DNA of 63,996 bases, the filler included, from Ionaspis alba (Eukaryota), in NCBI GenBank assembly GCA_964255285.1. It is 4 parts of 4 records of this genome, joined end to end, with 100 filler letters (N's around TTAATTAATTAA, not from the genome) between each part and the next. Parts side by side here need not be neighbours in the genome. Positions count along the whole stretch, not along the records: positions 50,164 to 63,996 come from CAXUUL010000446.1; 3 more parts are not named here. One strand, 5' to 3'. Numbering within the stretch: the stretch's first letter is position 1; every line of letters begins with the position of its first letter. Of this stretch, positions 63,909 through 63,996 are shown in pieces. The notes beneath the pieces were generated by a model. That model was not told where the DNA came from and did not search any database. It saw only the letters and a program-made list of their open reading frames with translations. Position numbers and translations under genes: made by a program.

Positions 63909-63996
63909 TCACAACCGATATCTAAATTCCCCATTCTCCCTATCCGTCAAATCCATCCACTCCCTGTCAGCCTCATGCACCTTTCCCATTTCCAAC
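63909..63996 (-). CDS. 3' end of an allantoate-permease-type MFS transporter (continues beyond the window)
   Basis: Terminal peptide ...WMDLTDRENGEFRYRL* matches the DLTDxENxxFRY C-terminal signature of Dal5-type anion:cation symporters. Confidence 0.75.
   Translation of the reverse strand, partial: LEMGKVHEADREWMDLTDRENGEFRYRL

Noticed and set aside
1..63996. tRNA, rRNA, CRISPR arrays and prokaryotic defence systems
   Set aside because: None recognised by eye, and the DNA is fungal with spliceosomal introns. tRNAscan-SE or Infernal would be needed to exclude small RNAs.

Overview
Eukaryotic, intron-containing genomic DNA from a filamentous ascomycete (Pezizomycotina; GT-AG introns of about 50-100 nt with CTRAY branch sites). 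It is a draft scaffold with seven 100-nt gaps. Three gaps carry an artificial TTAATTAATTAA linker and two are false gaps flanked by the same 55-nt sequence. About 30 genes or gene remnants are present. Core genes: PNKP/pnk1, MLH3, chorismate synthase, lipoate-protein ligase, ARB1 ABC-F ATPase, alpha-actinin, mitochondrial Lon, NUP85 and a TinA/ADIP-like protein. Metabolic and transport genes: GT8, aldo-keto reductase, STL1-like sugar transporter, MpaB-like oxygenase, DUF1772, and the 3' end of an allantoate-type MFS transporter. Two accessory-looking patches (about 27-29 kb and 40.5-50.7 kb) hold a frameshifted F-box gene, a small protein with a CNF1/CheD-like Cys-His motif, an SRPK-like kinase, a secreted Kex2-type preproprotein with a basic His-containing core, and two pseudogenes (a TM protein and a HET protein). 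An L-rhamnose catabolic cluster (LRA1, LRA2) includes a divergently transcribed DHDPS-family aldolase, and their shared promoter has a RhaR-type CGG-N11-CCG site. No RNA genes, CRISPR arrays or intact transposons were recognised. All family calls come from motif recognition by eye; no searches were run.
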